This document shows positions 39,673-49,814 of a stretch of 64,000 nt of DNA, one piece after another. The stretch lies in assembly GCA_963798085.1 (NCBI GenBank), contig CAWCRS010000005.1:544001-608000 (forward strand), read 5' to 3'. The translations under genes were made by a program, and so were the position numbers. This DNA comes from an uncultured Gemmatimonadales bacterium. Its GTDB lineage: Bacteria > Gemmatimonadota > Gemmatimonadetes > Longimicrobiales > RSA9. Each line of letters opens with the position of its first letter. The first letter of the stretch is position 1. The notes below the pieces were generated by a model that made no database searches, was not told the DNA's origin, and saw only the letters and a program-made list of their open reading frames with translations.

Positions 39673-41055
39673 TCATCCCCAGGGCGCATCCGGCAGCGTC
39701 ACCGCCGCTGGCTTGCCCCTCGCCTGCGCATCCAGGTGCAGGAACAGCGTGCCCACACCCGCGGCGCCCTGCATGCGACCGGTCTGTGCGTACACGATCT
39801 CCGGTCGCACGCGGGTCTCGGCCTGGATCCACTTGAGCCCGCCGTTTTCCTCGGTCGCCTTGGCCAGAATATCGTCCGCTCCCCGTCGCGCTACAGCAAG
39901 ATAGCCCTTGTCGGGCCACAGCCGGTGCAACGACAGGAAGAACTCGGAGACGCCGGCATTGCCGCAGCACTGGCTGATGTTGTTCCAGTATCCGGGCGAG
40001 CGCTCGACGGGTGCGCCCATCGCGGTGATGCCGCGCGCGTAGCAGTCGATGCGGTCCAGCCATTTCCTGTCGCCCGTCACATCACTCAGCCGGTAGAAGA
40101 GTCTCAATGTGCCCGCGCCGCCATGACACCAGCTCAGGTAGAACAGCTCCTTACCATCGGGCTCGTGATGGAAGACCTTGCACGCACCGTTGGCATGATC
40201 GGCCACCGCCTCCAGGTACGCCGTACCCGCGAGCGCCGCATCGAGCAGCGGCTTCTCGTGCGTGACGCCGTACAGCGTGGCGAGCGTGTAGGACGCGCCC
40301 GCCGTGCCGTGCGAGAAGTTCGGATAGAGATTCTTCACACTGGGTGAGATCGCCCACTTGAGGCCGCCCTGCTCGGGCTGGCCCAGCTCGGCGAGCCTGC
40401 GGCCGGCGCTCGCGGCCAGCTCGATTGCACGGTCATCGCCCAGCATCCTCGCCGCGTACAGCAGGAACAGCGCAATGCCTGCGGTGCCGCTGATGATGTC
40501 GGCGGAATCGCTCCACTCGACGCCGGCTCCGGTCTTCTTCGCGTTCTCGTGCAGCAGTGCGACGCCGCGCAGTGCGGCCTCGCGATAACGCTTGTCGCCC
40601 GATGCCCGCCATGTCTCGGCCAGCACGAACGCGCGGCCCGCCACACCCGTGTACAGTCCGCCATCGAACGCATCGCCCTTGCTGAGATTGGCGACCAGGT
40701 CGTCCGCGCCGGCTTTCGCCTCGTCCAGGTGTGCGCGCTCGCCCGTCGTCTTGTACAACTCGAGCAGAAACAGCACCACGCCCGGTGTGCCATTGTAGAA
40801 GTCCAGCTCGACAGACTTGGGATCGCGCGGATCCGCCGGCCAGCTAACACCGCTGGCCGTGGTCTGGCGTGAGGCGTGAATCCAGTGCGCGGCGCGCGCC
40901 GCGACATCGGCGTCGGAGCCCCAGCGCCCGCGCAGCGCGGCCACGCGCTCCATCAAGGCTTCGCCGCGCAGTTCGCGCGGGATTGCGAACAGACCTGCTG
41001 CGCCAAGCGCGCCGCGCAGCATGTCGCGGCGGCTGAACGGACGGGAATCGCTCAT
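39673..41055 (-). CDS. Stand-alone LanC-like (lanthionine synthetase C family) protein with Tat signal
   Basis: SRRDML Tat motif; repeated Y.G..G helices; NFSHGTAG, WCHG, CCG motifs. Confidence 0.85.
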   Translation of the reverse strand: MSDSRPFSRRDMLRGALGAAGLFAIPRELRGEALMERVAALRGRWGSDADVAARAAHWIHASRQTTASGVSWPADPRDPKSVELDFYNGTPGVVLFLLELYKTTGERAHLDEAKAGADDLVANLSKGDAFDGGLYTGVAGRAFVLAETWRASGDKRYREAALRGVALLHENAKKTGAGVEWSDSADIISGTAGIALFLLYAARMLGDDRAIELAASAGRRLAELGQPEQGGLKWAISPSVKNLYPNFSHGTAGASYTLATLYGVTHEKPLLDAALAGTAYLEAVADHANGACKVFHHEPDGKELFYLSWCHGGAGTLRLFYRLSDVTGDRKWLDRIDCYARGITAMGAPVERSPGYWNNISQCCGNAGVSEFFLSLHRLWPDKGYLAVARRGADDILAKATEENGGLKWIQAETRVRPEIVYAQTGRMQGAAGVGTLFLHLDAQARGKPAAVTLPDAPWG

Positions 41056-41140
41056 CTCATCCTCACGGACAGGGGACCGTGGTCCGTCTGCAAGGTCGCC
41101 GGCCGGGGAGCGGCGGGTCAAGTCGCATTGAATTCGGCCA

Positions 41141-41734
41141 TCAGCCGGGCGCTGTGCGTATCGCGGACGGCTGCGGAAAGCCGGGCTCACCCATGACACG
41201 CTCGATCTGGCGCAGATGGCGCTGCGCGTGCACCACGATGATGATGAACGCATCACCCAGATTGAGCCCGCGCACGAAGAAAACCACTGGCGAGTTGAGG
41301 CGGAGTCGTCGCATGTCCAGACCATCCGCCCGGCGCAGCAACGCGGCCGTCTCGAGCATCGAGCCGAGGAACGCGTCCAGCACATCGACACGTGCCTCGG
41401 GACCGGGCCTGAGTCTGCTGAATGTCCTGACCGTGCGTTCGTTCGCCGGCGAGAGCGTCGAGATCAGCATGCGGCCCCAGAGCGAGGGCTTCCAGGGCGC
41501 CGGCGACGCCGGCTTCACCGCCTTCGCAATGACTCGCTCGATGACCGGGAAATAGATGCGACCGCTGACCAGCAAATGTTCGAGCACCTGACCCACGGAC
41601 CAGCCGCCACCCGGCGGACGCCAAAGCAGCGCATCCTGTGTCAGCTCGCCAGCCAGCTCGCGTGCGCGGATCGCAACCTGCTCGATCTGCGGCAGCAGGC
41701 AGGCTTGGGTCGGTTCCTGTCCGAGGTACCGCAT
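41141..41734 (-). CDS. DinB-family protein
   Basis: WRPPGGGWSVGQVLEHL ... HAQRHLRQI. Confidence 0.82.
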   Translation of the reverse strand: MRYLGQEPTQACLLPQIEQVAIRARELAGELTQDALLWRPPGGGWSVGQVLEHLLVSGRIYFPVIERVIAKAVKPASPAPWKPSLWGRMLISTLSPANERTVRTFSRLRPGPEARVDVLDAFLGSMLETAALLRRADGLDMRRLRLNSPVVFFVRGLNLGDAFIIIVVHAQRHLRQIERVMGEPGFPQPSAIRTAPG

Positions 41735-41909
41735 TCCGCCACTCCGCCTGGCACGTGGGGGTGCCCTCGAAGATGCCCTGCCTCGCCGGGCCGCGCCAGC
41801 GGATTTGCGCTGTCGCGGCCGCACTCACCCGCACGGACATGTTGCCCAGGATGAGAGGCGGAAAAGGCGACCGGCGTCGTCGCCTTTCCCGCACTCCGTC
41901 AGCCGCCCG

Positions 41910-42458
41910 TCACGCCTTCAGCTGCTCGACGAACTGCTTCCGGAATTTCGCGACCTTGGGCGCGATAACGATCTGGCAGTACGGCTGGTAGTCGTTCCGC
42001 TCGAAGTACTCCTGATGATAGTCCTCCGCTCGGTAGAACTCGTCCGCGGGCACCAGCTGCGTGACGATGGGCGCGTCCCAGAGATGCTCCGCCTCCACCT
42101 CGGCAATGACCTGCTTCGCCGTCTGTTCCTGCTCCGGCGAGTGGTAGAAGATCACCGACCGGTACTGCGGCCCCACGTCCGCACCCTGCCGGTCCGGCGT
42201 CGTGGGATCGTGGATCGTGAAGAAGACACGCAACAGGTCGCGATAAGAAACCGCCTCCGGGTCGAACGTGAGCTGCACCACCTCCGCATGCCCCGTCGTG
42301 CCCGCGCACACCTGCCGGTAGGAGGGGTTCCGGACCTGCCCGCCCGCGTACCCCGACTCGACCGCCGTCACACCACGCAGCTGGTCGAAGACAGCCTCCA
42401 GACACCAGAAACAGCCACCCCCCAGCGTCGCCACTTCCTGCTTCGATCTATCCATCAT
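41910..42458 (-). CDS. msrA: Peptide-methionine (S)-S-oxide reductase
   Basis: GGGCFWC, SGYAGG, TGHAE, HDPT, DVGPQYRS, AEDYHQ.Y, YC. Confidence 0.96.
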   Translation of the reverse strand: MMDRSKQEVATLGGGCFWCLEAVFDQLRGVTAVESGYAGGQVRNPSYRQVCAGTTGHAEVVQLTFDPEAVSYRDLLRVFFTIHDPTTPDRQGADVGPQYRSVIFYHSPEQEQTAKQVIAEVEAEHLWDAPIVTQLVPADEFYRAEDYHQEYFERNDYQPYCQIVIAPKVAKFRKQFVEQLKA

Positions 42459-42509
42459 GGTTGCACCTCACTCATTGGATGCGGCCCACTTCCCGTCAGA
42501 CCGCAGACA

Positions 42510-42537
42510 TAATGCTTCCCCGGGGCGCCCGGTTCCA
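42510..42537 (-). promoter_or_regulatory. Candidate ECF promoter TGGAACC-N15-GCATTA for msrA
   Basis: Same boxes and spacing as at 33066-33093. Confidence 0.6.
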
Positions 42538-42664
42538 TTTTCTCGAGGCGGCCGCGAGGGCGAGGGGGGCCGGGGGTCGACGGGCGCCGCGGGGCGAGGG
42601 CCGGGCGCGACGCGTGTGGAGGAATCCTGAGGATACGGGAGGACGCCGGTACGGAAAACAGCAA

Positions 42665-42945
42665 TTTCACACAGTGGTTGACGGAGTCAACGGGGGCATC
42701 AGAGGACGGAGCGGCTTCTTGGGGAGCTCAACGTGGTGGGCCGGAGAAGGATACAGGGGTCGACGGGGTCCAGGCGAAGGAACGGGCAGGACACGCAGGC
42801 GCCAGCAGCGCAACCCCTAATCCGTTGTTAGTGATGTCAATGCGGTTGTTGTGCCTCCAATCCGTTGATCCGTCCACCGTGTCCACCGTTCCTCCGCAAG
42901 CCATGCTGCGTCAGACTGCGCAACCGCGGAAACCTCTGTGTGAAA
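42665..42945. repeat. 281-bp intergenic element bounded by 15-bp inverted repeats
   Basis: TTTCACACAGTGGTT (42665-42679) vs reverse complement of 42931-42945 TTTCACACAGAGGTT (14/15); internal tandem GTCCACCGT x2 at 42872-42889. Confidence 0.5.
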
Positions 42946-43003
42946 GGTCGTACGCCGATCCCTCGCGGCCTCCGTCGCCGCGGGGACCTGCCTGTCAGGC
43001 GCC

Positions 43004-44038
43004 TCACCGGCCTCGCGTAACACCCGCCTCAGCGCCCACGCGCGCCCGCATGAACGCCAGGGCGTATTCGAGCACGACATCGCGCCCCTGCCGAAAGTCC
43101 GCGTCGGAGGTGGGCACGACGATGTCGGGTGCGATGCCCTGCCATTCGACGATCTGCCTGTCGGCCGTGTACGCGAACCAGCGCGGCACGGAGTACTTCC
43201 AGCCGCCGCCCAGCGAGACATCCTTCGGGTTGCCCGAGCCGCCGCCGGTGGTATCACCGATGACGGTGACGTTGGGAAATTCGCGCATGGCGGAGACGAA
43301 GCTCTCGTTGCTGCTGAAGACGCCGCGGCCCACCAGCAGTACGACCGGCCTGGTGAACTGCCAGGCGCCGCGCGGATCCACGTACCTCGCCTCGGGCTCG
43401 CCCAGGTCGCTGTGGCCGGGACCATCGCGGAAGGCGACGTAATCGGCGAGACGGCGGGCGCTCGTGAACCGGCCGGCCACCTGGAATGCGAGTGCATCGC
43501 TGCCGCCGCCATTCATGCGCACGTCGATGATCATGCCGGGGCTGTTGCGGAACGGCTCGAGCGCCGCGTCCACCGCTTCGATGTGGATCTGCGCGGTGTT
43601 CCAGGCGCCAAACGCGATGTAAGGAATGCCGCCCATCAGGGCGTGACCCCAGTTGGTCTGCTCGAACACGTAATGGCTGGCGGTCACGTACTGCAGCCAC
43701 ACGTCGCGGTCCCAGTTGCGGAAGCTGGTCGCCTGATAGCTGCTCTGCAGCTGGCCGGCGGGTGTGGTGAACCAGATGTGCACGTCACGGAGTGGCGCCA
43801 CCGCGTCGCGCAATACATCGACCAGTCCGGCTTCATCCACGGCCGCCGCCGCACGCGGCCGGAACTGCTCGCGCGTCGCGGTCCAGTCGACCTGCTTCAG
43901 GGCGAAGTACGGGTAGGTGACATCGTAGGTGTGCCAGAAGGCATCGAACTGCGCACCCGGATCGAAAGCTACGCCGTTCGGGTCGCTGCACGCGACCAGC
44001 AGTGCGGACGACAGCACCAGCAGCAGCAGCTTCCGCAT
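43004..44038 (-). CDS. S41-family peptidase lipoprotein
   Basis: Lipobox LVAC; IIDVRMNGGG, FSSNE, IGDTTGGGSG, GIAPD. Confidence 0.9.
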   Translation of the reverse strand: MRKLLLLVLSSALLVACSDPNGVAFDPGAQFDAFWHTYDVTYPYFALKQVDWTATREQFRPRAAAAVDEAGLVDVLRDAVAPLRDVHIWFTTPAGQLQSSYQATSFRNWDRDVWLQYVTASHYVFEQTNWGHALMGGIPYIAFGAWNTAQIHIEAVDAALEPFRNSPGMIIDVRMNGGGSDALAFQVAGRFTSARRLADYVAFRDGPGHSDLGEPEARYVDPRGAWQFTRPVVLLVGRGVFSSNESFVSAMREFPNVTVIGDTTGGGSGNPKDVSLGGGWKYSVPRWFAYTADRQIVEWQGIAPDIVVPTSDADFRQGRDVVLEYALAFMRARVGAEAGVTRGR

Positions 44039-44408
44039 TCACCTGCTCCAGACTTCACGGTCTGACAACACCGTACGCGCCCATCCCGGAAAAGCAACGC
44101 GCAGCCGCCGCGTCTCACCCCATCGACAGCCGGCCGGCCGAAATCCCCCACAGCGCGCCGGGGCCATGGTCGACGCCTCCTCGAGAACCTGGAACGGTGC
44201 TCGCGGAGTCCTCAACAAGTAAGCACGGCGGCAAGCCGCCACCAGTGATCCCCGCGGTCCGCGGTCACGCCGTGACCCCCGTTGGACACACAAGGGCAGC
44301 CTTTCGCAGGCGCCTGCGGCCAATGCCATTCTCGATCTTCCTGTGCACGTCGCCTATCTTGGCCGGCACGGACTTCAGGCGACGATGCACCCTCAGCCCC
44401 GCGTGACC

Positions 44409-45407
44409 ATGGCGAACTCCGAGGCAGCTTCCCGTTCACGGCGCGATTTCCTGCGTGCTTCCGCCGCCTGCGGCGCGCACCTGCTGCTGCTCGCCAGCGC
44501 GGCGCCACTGCGTGCCGAGCGCATCTTCGCAATGCGCAGCCGGCCCGTACGCGCACGCGAGCCGTGGGGCCGTATCGAGGAAGTCGCCGACGGCATATGG
44601 GCCATGATCTCGACGCCGCTCGATGATCGCACCACCATCTGCAATGGCGGCATCATCCGCGGCCGCTCGGGCGTGCTCGTCATCGAGACATTCGCGCAGC
44701 CGCAGGGATCGAGCTGGCTGGCCGGCAAGGCGAAGGAGCTGGCGGGGCGCTGGCCCGATGAGGTGATCCTCACGCATTTCCACAGCGACCATTCCGGCGG
44801 CATCGCCGGATATGTGCGTCCTGATGGCGCGCCCCGCCTGCATGCCACGCACACGACGCGCGACCTCGTGCGCCAGCAGGACGCCGGGCGCGGCGAGGAT
44901 CCGAACTCGGTGCGCTCGGGCCAGCTCGGCGGCGCCCTCGCGATCGATGAGACGCACGAGAGCAGCATCGATCTCGGCAACCGGCGCGTCCGCCTCATTC
45001 CCCGCCGCGGCCACACGCAGAGCGATGTGTCGGTCGAAATCGACGACCCGTCCATTGTGTTCTGCGGCGACCTGCTCTGGAACCGGATGTTCCCCAACTA
45101 CGTGAATGCCATCCCATCGTTCCTGTCGCACGATGTGCGCGCGCTGCTGCGCACGCGCACCACGACCTATGTGCCCGGTCACGGGCCTGTCGCCAATGCC
45201 GAGGACATGCAGAAGTACCTCGCGCTGATCGACAGTGTGGAGCGCGCCGGTCGTGCCGCTTTCGACAAGGGGCAGACGGCGGCGGAAGCGGCGAAGGCGT
45301 ATCGCGTGCCGGACGGCATCGGCGAGTGGATGCTGTTCAGCCCGCGCTACCCGGAGACCGCGATTGGCGCGTGGCTCAAGGAGCTGAGCGGGGGTGCTGC
45401 GGGCTGA
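44409..45407 (+). CDS. Tat-exported MBL-fold metallo-hydrolase
   Basis: SRRDFL; THFHSDHSGG, GHT, GDL, VPGHG. Confidence 0.88.
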   Translation: MANSEAASRSRRDFLRASAACGAHLLLLASAAPLRAERIFAMRSRPVRAREPWGRIEEVADGIWAMISTPLDDRTTICNGGIIRGRSGVLVIETFAQPQGSSWLAGKAKELAGRWPDEVILTHFHSDHSGGIAGYVRPDGAPRLHATHTTRDLVRQQDAGRGEDPNSVRSGQLGGALAIDETHESSIDLGNRRVRLIPRRGHTQSDVSVEIDDPSIVFCGDLLWNRMFPNYVNAIPSFLSHDVRALLRTRTTTYVPGHGPVANAEDMQKYLALIDSVERAGRAAFDKGQTAAEAAKAYRVPDGIGEWMLFSPRYPETAIGAWLKELSGGAAG

Positions 45408-46084
45408 TGGACGAACGCACGCCCGGCGACAGCCTGTCAATCGCGATAACAGAAGATTTCGCGGTTCCCGCGGACGCACATCCGCTCCTTCGCTTCACGT
45501 CGTTCCGTACGGAGTTCGCCGTGCCGCTCGACACGCTGGCTTCGCCGGGCTGGCTGGTCGATCTGCTGCGCGCCGACGCGGCCGCACCCTTCACGCGCAG
45601 TGAGGGGGTGCGCAGCGCCGTCCGCGACCTGCTGCGCCACGGCGGCTACAAGCCCACAGGCCGCGGCAAGCCGGCTTCCGAGTACCTCGTGCGCGCCGCC
45701 GAGGAAGGGACCCTCGCCTCGATCAACGCCGCGGTCGACGTCTGCAACGCCGTCTCCCTGCACAGCGGCCTGCCCATCAGTGTGGTCGACCTCGATCGCG
45801 CGCACCCGCCCTTCCGCATCGGCCTCGGCCCGGCAGGCTCCAGCTACATCTTCAACGCCGCCGGCCAGGAGATCGACGTCACCGGGCTGCTCTGCCTGTT
45901 CGATGCCGACGGGCCCTGCGCCAATGCCGTGAAGGACGCGCAGCGTACCAAGACCACGCCGGGCACGCGCCGCACGCTCTCCATCGTCTGGGCCGACACC
46001 GCGCACTCCGAGCTGCTCACCGCCGCAACCATCTGGTACCGCTCCCTGCTCTCCCGTCTGTCCGCAGCGGTGGCGCACGGTTAG
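45407..46084 (+). CDS. Stand-alone B3/B4 (PheRS beta-like) domain protein
   Basis: GYKPTGRGKPASEYL, INAAVDVCNAVSL.SGLPISVVD; TGATG overlap with the MBL gene. Confidence 0.82.
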   Translation: MDERTPGDSLSIAITEDFAVPADAHPLLRFTSFRTEFAVPLDTLASPGWLVDLLRADAAAPFTRSEGVRSAVRDLLRHGGYKPTGRGKPASEYLVRAAEEGTLASINAAVDVCNAVSLHSGLPISVVDLDRAHPPFRIGLGPAGSSYIFNAAGQEIDVTGLLCLFDADGPCANAVKDAQRTKTTPGTRRTLSIVWADTAHSELLTAATIWYRSLLSRLSAAVAHG

Positions 46085-46228
46085 TACGAGCTCATGCAAT
46101 GGCAGGGGCCCTGAGAAACGGCGGCCCATCCCGGCAGGACAGCGCCGGTTGGCATTCACCGGAATTCATCGCCGTCGAGGTGGTGAAGCGCCCGCGTCGG
46201 CATTGTTCAGCCGATACGGCGCGCTCAT

Positions 46229-49200
46229 CTACCTCTGCGCACCGCCCGCTCTGCCCACTGCGTGCTGCAACGAATCGAGCGAGCGGTCCTCGGCCACCCA
46301 GTAGGGTGTCGGGAAACGGTGCGGCGCAGGCCAGACTTCGTTGAGCGTGTCGCCTTCGTAGACCACGCCGTTCTTGATCACGTACCGGATCTGGTTGGTG
46401 TTGCGGATATTCTCGAGCGGATTCGCGTTGAGTACGACAAGGTCGGCCAGCTTGCCGGGCTCGATGGCTGCCCAGGTCGCGGTCGAAGCCGATGCTCTCC
46501 GCGCCGATGATCGTGGCGCAGCGCAGGACTTCCATGGGCGTCATGCCGCCGGATGCTCAGATTCCACAGCTCCCAGTGCGCGCCCAGGCCCTGCTGGTTG
46601 CCGTGCGACCCGAACCCGACGTGCCCGCCCGCGCGCAGCACGTCACGCGCGCCCGCCGCGATCGTCGGGAAGATGTAGTCCTCCTCGACGATAAGCGGGC
46701 GGCCGGCGCGCGTACGAGTCCAGCTCCACGTGCGGTGTGAAGTAGCGCGGCTTGGCATCGCCGTGCATGTCCCAGCGGCCCGCCAGTAGTCCTGCGACTC
46801 CGGCCCGCCGTAGGACGCGATCATGGCGGCGTGTACGTGATGCCGGTCTGCGCGATCAGCTGGATCAGGTCCTTGTAGATCGGCACAACAGGGAGTGTGT
46901 GCTCGAACGCGGTGAAGCCGTCCAGCGCCATGGTCACGTCCGCCTTGAGGTCGCCGGCGCCCTCGTTCGTGATATTCATGCCTTCCGCGCGCGCCGCCTG
47001 GATGAACCACTGCCGTTGGATCCGGCGAGGCTGCAGGTACTGCTTCAATGAGTTCGCACCCTGCGCCTTGTAGCGGAGCACGGCGTTGTAGCGCGTCCTC
47101 GTAGCTGCGCACGGGCACGTTCGTGGAAGTGAGCGGCGGGCCGGTCGCGTAGATGCGCGAGCCGATCATGCCGCCCGCGTCCATCAGCTCGCCCCAGGGG
47201 AACGATCCACGCAGGCCGCTGGGGTTGCGCGTGGTGGTGACGCCGTAGGCGAGGTTCGATGGCGATGCTCCATTCCTGGTCCGGGCGCGATCTCTCTGCC
47301 CGTGCGCGGGTGCGCGTGCACATCGACAAACCCGGGAATGATCGTAGCGCCATTCACGTCGATGACGCGCGCGCCCGCCGGCACCGTGGCGCGACCCACG
47401 GCGCGGATGCGGTTGTTCTCGATCAGGATGTCGCCGCGCGCGATCACCTCATCGCCACGCATCGTGATGAGCCGCGCGCCGCGCAGTACCAGCGCACCCT
47501 GCGGCGAGGCGCGCGGCACGCGCAGCGTCACGGCAGCCGAGTCGATGCCCCATTCGTCGCGGCGGTCACTTGCCATCACGCGCTCCAGCGCAGCGCGGTA
47601 GAAGCTGTTGGCAAAGCTCCAGGCAATGGTGCGCCCGCCGTCCCTCCAGGCGACGTAGTTCGCGCCCTGCGTGGTAATGCGCCGCAGCGGCACGGATGGC
47701 GACGCGAGATTCGATGGCAATGCCGTCTGCGCCCGCCGCGGTCATGGCCATCACGTACGATCGTCGCGGTCCTGGACCAGCAGGTAGCGACCGTCGGGCG
47801 AGGGGATCGCCGTCATGTTGCCGCCCGCGCCGGGCGACGTGAAGCGCGCGTGCAGTCGCCTGGCCTGACCATCCATGCGGAGCGACGCGAGCACCGCCGT
47901 CGGCGTGCCGGCGCCACCGCCTGATCCCTCGGTGAAGAAGACACGCGCCGTGTCGCCTCCCGCTGTACCGTCATGGGCGACGGCTGCCCGCAGTGATGGC
48001 GGTGCGCCTCGCCGCCGTTGGCGCTGACCCAGCGCAGCTCGCCCAGACCGGCCTCGGGCGCACCCTGGCCGGCGCGCACCGAAGCGGCGGCGTAGACCAC
48101 GCGGTCGCCTTCCGGAGACCAGACTGGCGACTGGTAGTAGCCGGCGTTCTGCGTCAGCCGCACAGGCGAGCCGCCGCTGCCGCGAACTTTCCACACGTGG
48201 CCGCCCGCGGAGTCGGACCAGCTCACGTACGCGATCCACTGGCCATCCGGCGAGAAGGCTGGCTCGTACTCGCGCCCCGGCGAGTCTGTCGCCCGGCGGG
48301 GTGTGCCCCGCAGCTCGCTGACCCAGACTTTCCCCACCGCGCTGAACGCAATGGAGCGGCCATCGGGCGACGGCTGCACACCCAGGAAGTTGCGCACCGG
48401 CATGTCGCCATCCTCGATGCGCAGGGCCGCACGGTGCCGTGTGGCCACACCCTGTTCGACGTGCGCATGGAAGGGAATCGTGCGGATCTGCCGCGTCGCC
48501 AGCTCCACGCGCTGAATGTGGCCGCCCGCCGTGAACACCACCGCCCTGCTGTCCGGCGTGAAGGCGTAGCCGGGCAGAATATCGTTGGGCGCGTACCCTT
48601 CCTGGTCGTCGCGCTGCATCTCGGCGACCAGCCAGTGATCCTCCTGCGTCTGCAGATCGCGGATGCGCAGCGCCGTCTGCGTCCACGCGCGTGGCGTATA
48701 CCAGCCAGCGCCCGTCCGGCGAGGCGATGGGGCGCAGGCCGCCGCCATAACCTGATGTCAGTGTCTGCCGTTCACCGGTCGCGCGATCGAAGCGCACCAC
48801 CTGGTACGAGTTCACGTTGGCGCTCGCGTACCCGCCGCTGTGGCTCGCGAAGTACATGTGCGCCCATCCGGCGAGAACGACGCGCCCGTGTTGGTCGTCG
48901 TGCCGGTGCCGCCTGCTCCCGGAAACAGCTCCGTTCCGTTGCCGCCGTTCCTGTGGTACAGCCACAGCGGCACGTTGCGCAGGTAGTCGACCGGGCCCGG
49001 ATACGGGCCGAACTTGCGCGCCACGAGATAGTCTCCGTCCGGCGTCCATTCCGGTGAGCTGAGCGCGAAGTCGACTTCCTTCGTCACCTGTTTGCGCCCG
49101 CTGCCGTCGAGGTTCACCAGCCACAGGTTGTCGCTGCCGCTGCGATCGCTGATGAACGCGATCGTTTTTCCGTCCGGTGAAAACCGCGGCATGCAGTCCC

Positions 49201-49583
49201 ACGGCATCCCGCTCGTGATACGCCTCGCCGCGCCACCATCAATCGGCAGCGGTATAGAGGTCGCCCATGAGGTCGAAGACGAGCGTGCGCCCATCGGGAG
49301 AGACGTCGAGCGAGATCCATGTGCCTTCATCCGTGTCGAAGGCGATCGTACGGTCCGGTCTTATCGGCAGCGCCACCGCCGTATCGCCAGGAGCGCCCTG
49401 CTGCGCTGTTGCGCGACGGGCTGGCAGCAGCAGCGCGAGCACCAGCGCTGGCCCCACGATCGCGCAGTTCGCGACGGTGTGCCCCGGTTGCCGGCGCGGG
49501 ATTGCCGGCGCCGCGGCATCGTTGCGAGTGTCCCGGGATGGCGCGTACGCAGCGCGCGCTGTGTGGTTCCTGGTTGTGCGCAT
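46229..49583 (-). CDS. Secreted PD40/TolB-repeat amidohydrolase with at least a dozen frameshifts (sequencing error or pseudogene)
   Basis: Fragments in order: EGTWISLDVSPDG, FSPDG repeats, IIPGFVDVHAH, AYGVTT, GSHG.QQGLGAHWELW, IEPGKLADLVVL..NPL. Confidence 0.8.
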
Positions 49584-49814
49584 GGCTCGCTCGCTGGGGT
49601 GGGTGCAGTCGGGGGGTATGCAAGATGCCGCCCCGCAGCAGCCGCGCAAGGCGAAGCTCGCACGCCCTGCCCGCACACGCGCGAGGCATGCGCACGTCAA
49701 TGCCGCACGCTTGTAGACTTGTGCGGGCCCCTCGCGAATGAGGATGCGACTGCCGGGCGACGTCGACTTCACTAGATTGCGCTGCGATTGGTGCGGACCG
49801 TTTCCGGAGGGACC

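Noticed and set aside
39399..41055. Lanthipeptide gene cluster with the Cys-rich 78-aa ORF as precursor
   Set aside because: The small ORF is a clear FmdB zinc ribbon; no dehydratase or exporter is present
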